A DNA stretch of 29,679 nucleotides, taken from NCBI GenBank assembly GCA_965205655.1, contig CBDBIJ010000059.1, forward strand, positions 1 to 29,679, given 5' to 3'. A program made the position numbers and the translations under genes. This document shows positions 28,017-29,679 of the stretch, one piece after another. The stretch comes from Candidatus Latescibacterota bacterium. Its GTDB lineage: Bacteria; Latescibacterota; UBA2968; UBA8231. The notes below the pieces were generated by a model. That model was not told the origin of the DNA. It searched no databases and saw nothing but the letters and a program-made list of their open reading frames with translations. Within the stretch, counting starts at the first letter, position 1, and every line of letters begins with the position of its first letter.

Positions 28017-29066
28017 ATGATCAGAAAACAGGCAGAGGATCTCGAAGGCATTGTCAAGTCCGTTCTACTGGCCGCCGGGGCAAGCGAAAGCAACGCGACG
28101 ATCGTGGCCAAACATCTGGTCCTGGCCGAGCTGTCGGGAGTGCAGACACACGGATTGTTCCAGGTGCCCAACTATCTCAAGGATATCGAGGGCGGAGGGT
28201 TGATTCCCACTGCGGAACCGGAGGTCATCGAGGACGACGGCGCCAAAGCAGTGGTGAGCGGCAACAGGAGCTTCGGTCACGTGGGCGCCGAGTTCGCCGT
28301 GAGGCTTGGGACGGAGAAAGCGCGATCTGTGGCACTCGCCGTCGTGGGGCTGGTGCGGGTCAATCACATCGGTCGCCTCGGACACTACGCCGAGATCGCG
28401 GCCGGCGAGGGGTTGATCTGTCTGATCTGGGGTGGGGGATATGGCCGAGTGACGCCGCGAGCGGTCCCTTTCGGGGGGCGGGATCAGGTCCTGGACACGA
28501 ATCCGATTGCCATGGGAATTCCCTCTGGTTCGACCGAAGGTCGCGCGCCGATCATCATCGACTTCGCCACAACCCATGGCTCGGCAGTGAAGGTCATGAA
28601 TGCGCAGCGACGCGGCGAGACGCTTCCGGAGGGGGTCATCGTGGACGCGACGGGCCTGCCGACGACGGATCCGAACGACTTTCACGAGGGCGGATCACTG
28701 GCGCCCTTCGGCGGTCACAAAGGCTACGCCATAATGTTCGCCGCGGAGGTGCTGGGACGCATTTTCAGCGGCGCAGACGCCTACGTCGACGAGGCCGCCG
28801 GCCCGTTCTATCGGCATCAGGGCGTGACGTTTCTGCTCATGCGAGCCGATTCGCTGACCTCGATGCCGGATTTCACCGGCCGCGTCGACGATCTGGTCGA
28901 CCGGGTTACCGGCAGCCGACCCGCCGAGGGAGTCGACAGGGTGCTGCATCCCGGTCAAAAGGAGGCGGAGACCCGGGCTGAATGGTCGCGCGAAGGCATA
29001 CCGATCGCCGACGACATCTGGGAGCGGTTCGTAGACGGGGCGAAATCGGTTGGCGTGGAGTTGTAG
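28017..29066 (+). CDS. Ldh_2-family oxidoreductase (ComC/AllD/YiaK-like)
   Basis: AELSGVQTHGL, NHIGRLGHY, TNPIAMGIP, DFATT, PFGGHKGY, HPGQKE. Confidence 0.92.
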   Translation: MIRKQAEDLEGIVKSVLLAAGASESNATIVAKHLVLAELSGVQTHGLFQVPNYLKDIEGGGLIPTAEPEVIEDDGAKAVVSGNRSFGHVGAEFAVRLGTEKARSVALAVVGLVRVNHIGRLGHYAEIAAGEGLICLIWGGGYGRVTPRAVPFGGRDQVLDTNPIAMGIPSGSTEGRAPIIIDFATTHGSAVKVMNAQRRGETLPEGVIVDATGLPTTDPNDFHEGGSLAPFGGHKGYAIMFAAEVLGRIFSGADAYVDEAAGPFYRHQGVTFLLMRADSLTSMPDFTGRVDDLVDRVTGSRPAEGVDRVLHPGQKEAETRAEWSREGIPIADDIWERFVDGAKSVGVEL

Positions 29067-29070
29067 CGAG

Positions 29071-29679
29071 GTGAACACGCTCGCAGGGCCTGAGATCGAC
29101 TTGGCAGGCGAATTCGTCAGGCAGGAGGATCATTTTCGGGATTGGGTCAGGGCCGACGGGTCGAGTGGCTACCCGGCCGAGAGGGGCCGCTATCACCTCT
29201 ATGTCTCCCTGGCCTGTCCGTGGGCGCATCGCATCGTCATCGCGCGTGTGCTGAAGGAGCTCGTGGATGTTATCGGGATGACGGTGGTCGATCCGGTTCG
29301 CGACGAGCGCGGCTGGGCGTTTCGGAACGGTCCGAGCCATTCCGAAGATCCCGTCAACGGGTTCGCCTTCCTCAGCGAGGCCTACCGGGCGACCGAGCCC
29401 GGCTACGCAGCGCGCTACACGGTGCCGGTGCTGTGGGACAGGAGGACCGGCCGCATAGTGAGCAATGACGACGACGACGTACTGCGCATGCTCAACAATG
29501 AATTCACCGCCTTCACGCAGAGCCAGCTCGATCTGTATCCCGCGGGGCTGCGAGCGGAGATCGACCGAATCAACGATCTCGTCTATCCCAATGTGAACAA
29601 CGGGGTGTATCGAGCCGGTTTCGCGGAGACTCAAGCAGGCTACGACCGTGCCGTCCGCACCCTGTTCGAGACCCTGGAC
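29071..29679 (+). CDS. yqjG: Glutathionyl-hydroquinone reductase (YqjG-type GST), partial
   Basis: Manual translation: GEFVRQEDHFRDWV, GRYHLYVSLACPWAHR, RYTVPVLWD, IVSN, NVNNGVYRAGFA; runs off the right edge. Confidence 0.9.
   Translation, partial: MNTLAGPEIDLAGEFVRQEDHFRDWVRADGSSGYPAERGRYHLYVSLACPWAHRIVIARVLKELVDVIGMTVVDPVRDERGWAFRNGPSHSEDPVNGFAFLSEAYRATEPGYAARYTVPVLWDRRTGRIVSNDDDDVLRMLNNEFTAFTQSQLDLYPAGLRAEIDRINDLVYPNVNNGVYRAGFAETQAGYDRAVRTLFETLD

Noticed and set aside
28906..29634. 242-aa minus-strand ORF and ORF 29142-29468
   Set aside because: Shadows of the yqjG-like gene starting at 29071, which the track missed because it lacks a stop in the window.

Overview
GC-rich bacterial window of mostly accessory catabolic and cell-envelope genes, with no rRNA, tRNA or CRISPR array. 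It holds three PhyH-family dioxygenases, two LLM flavin monooxygenases, a VOC protein, AKR, SDR, D-2-hydroxyacid dehydrogenase, Ldh_2 oxidoreductase, O-methyltransferase, class I/II aminotransferase, M14 peptidase and a partial YqjG-type GST. Envelope genes are a TonB-dependent receptor with a DUF4249-like lipoprotein, SCO and cupredoxin lipoproteins, a vWA lipoprotein, a PD40/TolB-like protein, and a >1000-aa uncharacterised exported protein running off the left edge (absent from the ORF track). This repertoire and a C-terminal 'TWGxxK' motif suggest a Latescibacterota/Poribacteria-like marine or sponge-associated genome (inference). Two IS elements interrupt genes: an intact IS256 in the PD40 gene and a deletion-riddled IS30 with an unusual ~51-bp flanking duplication in a REC-HDOD gene. 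There is also an empty 8-bp duplication in an LLM gene, five +1 insertions and two in-frame TAG-TCT codons, so real pseudogenisation and long-read consensus error cannot be separated without reads. I cannot establish a complete new system. The best leads are the giant Asp-rich exported protein, the TWGxxK putative sorting motif, a stand-alone PolX N-terminal module, a shared 30-bp promoter, and traces of ongoing transposition.
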